Positions 61,793 to 64,000 of a stretch of 64,000 nucleotides of DNA are shown here, one piece after another. Made by a program: the position numbers and the translations under genes. The notes beneath the pieces were generated by a model, which saw nothing but the letters and a program-made list of their open reading frames with translations, was not told where the DNA came from and searched no databases. The DNA is from Macrostomum lignano (Eukaryota). The stretch spans positions 62,001 through 126,000 of the forward strand of contig NIVC01000506.1 of assembly GCA_002269645.1 (NCBI GenBank), written 5' to 3'. The stretch's first letter is position 1; each line of letters starts with the position of its first letter.

Positions 61793-64000
61793 GGCAAGTG
61801 ATGGGGGGTAGGCCTTTGAAGTGTATACACCTGTATATAGGGTAAATTAATATTGGGGAGCAACTATGGGAATAATGGCCAAATTACTGCTATTAAGTCT
61901 ATGTGAAATATGCATTAATGACATAACTCACATAATAAACAGTGGATAATGATAGCATAATACATATAATAAAACATGCTGTACCATGTTTAAATATATT
62001 GTAGAGTGTTCTACCTCCCATAAAAAGACATAAAAAGTGTTAAGGTACTACTCACATATTTTATTCAGTAGTATACTAAGTAGCATGCATACAGATATGC
62101 ACTGAACCATACATATATTTAAATCAACCAATAGGAAGAGAGAAATCTCAAGCATGCTAATTTTAGAAATCACCCGATCACGTGTAACCTGCACTTGTCA
62201 GCTCAAACCCCAGTTGCAATACATCATTCAGTCTGCACTCGGATGAACCAATCAAAGATATCTAAAAATAACTCAAATGCAATAACCAATCATGCGCTTT
62301 TACATGAAGTAAAAGAAGAAGTAAAAGAAAGTTTCAGTGGAAGTTTCAGTGGAAGTAAAAGAAGGTGGACCTGGTTTACAAAACATAGACATCTAAAGAG
62401 TCAAGAAGTCCTTCATTTGATAACTGGGTTGCCTAGCAAAGTAGCTAGAAGTGATTGTTCCTTGATTACTGAGAAAGTCTTGGTAGTAAGGAACACATCA
62501 ATATGATAATGATAGGTAATACAATAACATTGTAGCAAAAAAAGGTTAGATATTTATATAAGGCAATAAGCATACAATGTTGTTCAAAAAGAATAAACTA
62601 GGCCCTAATACAAGATCACTTGTCAAAAATTAAATGATATTAAGTTTATTGAATCATAGGCTTTATCTTTTCAATAATATAATTATAAAGAAATATAGGC
62701 CTAGGTACAACCAAAAATATTTGCAAAAAATGATGCTGTAGTGGATTATAATAATAAAGCTTTTTTGATTGAAGTCATATACTTTTCCGATTTTATATGA
62801 TTCCAAAATTCAAAAATGTTCTTAAAATTTTCTTATAGATTATCCCAGGCTTAGAGGCAAATCATCTACAAATCCAGGATTGACTTCCCTAAATATAAAG
62901 GTTACATTTATAAATTAAATATTTAGTGCATAGTGCTTGTTTTCTTTATAATATAACAATTCTATTTTAGCTGAAATAGTATAAAACTAAAGCCATTTAA
63001 AATGGAACTTAATTAGACCTAGTTAACCATAATGGCATTAAAAAAAATTATATTGTGAATGGCGTCTATGAAAACGGAACAAACTTAGTAACCAGCCAAT
63101 CAAAATTCAAGCAAAGATAATGGTATCTTTGCATCTTTATATTCTTTCTTTATGACACTACATATTGTTGAACTAAAAAGTGCAGAAAGTAAAAAATTTA
63201 AGTTGATACTGTTAACGAATTAATCAACTTTAAACGTGAAGAACTTAAAACTGATCACGTCTGATTAGTGGTTTAAATGGTTGCGAGGAACACAATTATG
63301 CAAAAAGCAAAACTAATAAAAATCAAATTTATATTTAACTTTGTGCAACAGCAAATAGTCTTTCTATTATAATTTGGAAAATTACTTTGCTACTTTTATT
63401 TTGAGTGTAAACAATAAAACATTTGTTTATCGACATCACGATGATAAATTTATTTATAAATATAAAACACTTGGGACGGAAGCGGAAGAGGAAGAGGAAG
63501 AGGAAGCGGACTTAAGAAGACTAGCTCAGCAGACCCGCAACACAAAGAAGAGGAGCCCGCAACAGTAAGTGATCACTGATTTTGTTCCCAGGCTTAAGTG
63601 TCTGGAAGTGGCAGTTTTCGGGTGACTGATTGATGGGTTTCGACCTTTCGGCCCCCTTGTGGGGAAGCCTTCGGGCCTCAGGTCTCAGAAATAAATCAAT
63701 TAGAGTCCTGGCCCCCCACTCCTGTCAGATGGTCAGCCCCATGGTAGCTTGATCGTGTGGCGAGCAGTCTAGGTCCTATAGCTAAGAGAGGGACAGCGAG
63801 AGACAAGCAGGGAGAATTTTGAAGGTAGAAATTAGTTAACCCGCAGGTTAAGCTAACTCGCTGCCACCAGCCCGTACGTCCTGGCTCACCACACCGGGAC
63901 TCTCGAAATCGGGCTTCCGACTAGAAGGGGCTTTGCACTTACCTGCCAACTAGTGTATTTTTGCTGTCAATCTCGAAGTCATAGCCGATGATAAGGGACA

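Noticed and set aside
63374-64000. Short ORF with a poly-Glu run, and a GC-rich stretch at the window end
   Set aside because: No recognisable domain, terminal repeat or boundary within the window.

Overview
Eukaryotic (metazoan) genomic DNA, not prokaryotic. The evidence is spliceosomal GT-AG introns, GC-rich exons in AT-rich flanks, a TTAGGG tract and many minisatellites. The style resembles the flatworm Macrostomum, which is my inference and was not checked. Host genes: a 3-exon G3BP/Rasputin-like gene (8294-11707, +), a 4-exon cationic amino-acid transporter of the SLC7/CAT family (13789-17761, +), a small secreted Ly6/three-finger-like gene (43703-44056, +) with a 499-bp inverted truncated duplicate, a 3-exon C2H2 zinc-finger gene (56982-55086, -) and an LSm10-like gene with a long C-terminal tail (61792-61163, -). 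The dominant structure is a 20.65-kb Helitron pile-up (17875-38529) 113 bp behind the CAT stop codon. It contains one near-intact autonomous Helitron whose 9-exon RepHel gene I spliced by hand to 1753 aa (STPR-like 23-aa repeats, OTU protease, Zn finger, HUH-Y2 Rep, PIF1 helicase; one intron donor reads GG instead of GT). Three non-autonomous elements follow, joined head-to-tail, carrying expanded minisatellites, tRNA-like boxes, an inverted pair of Helitron 3' ends and a telomeric tract. A fifth family member lies on the minus strand at the left edge. Other mobile DNA: a Merlin-type MITE with a transposase remnant, a foldback-like element, two copies of a tRNA-derived SINE, and a full-length but disabled LOA/R1-like LINE whose 3' UTR shares a motif with the SINE tail. 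Most long ORFs in the supplied track are artefacts of tandem repeats. All alignments and splice models were made by eye.
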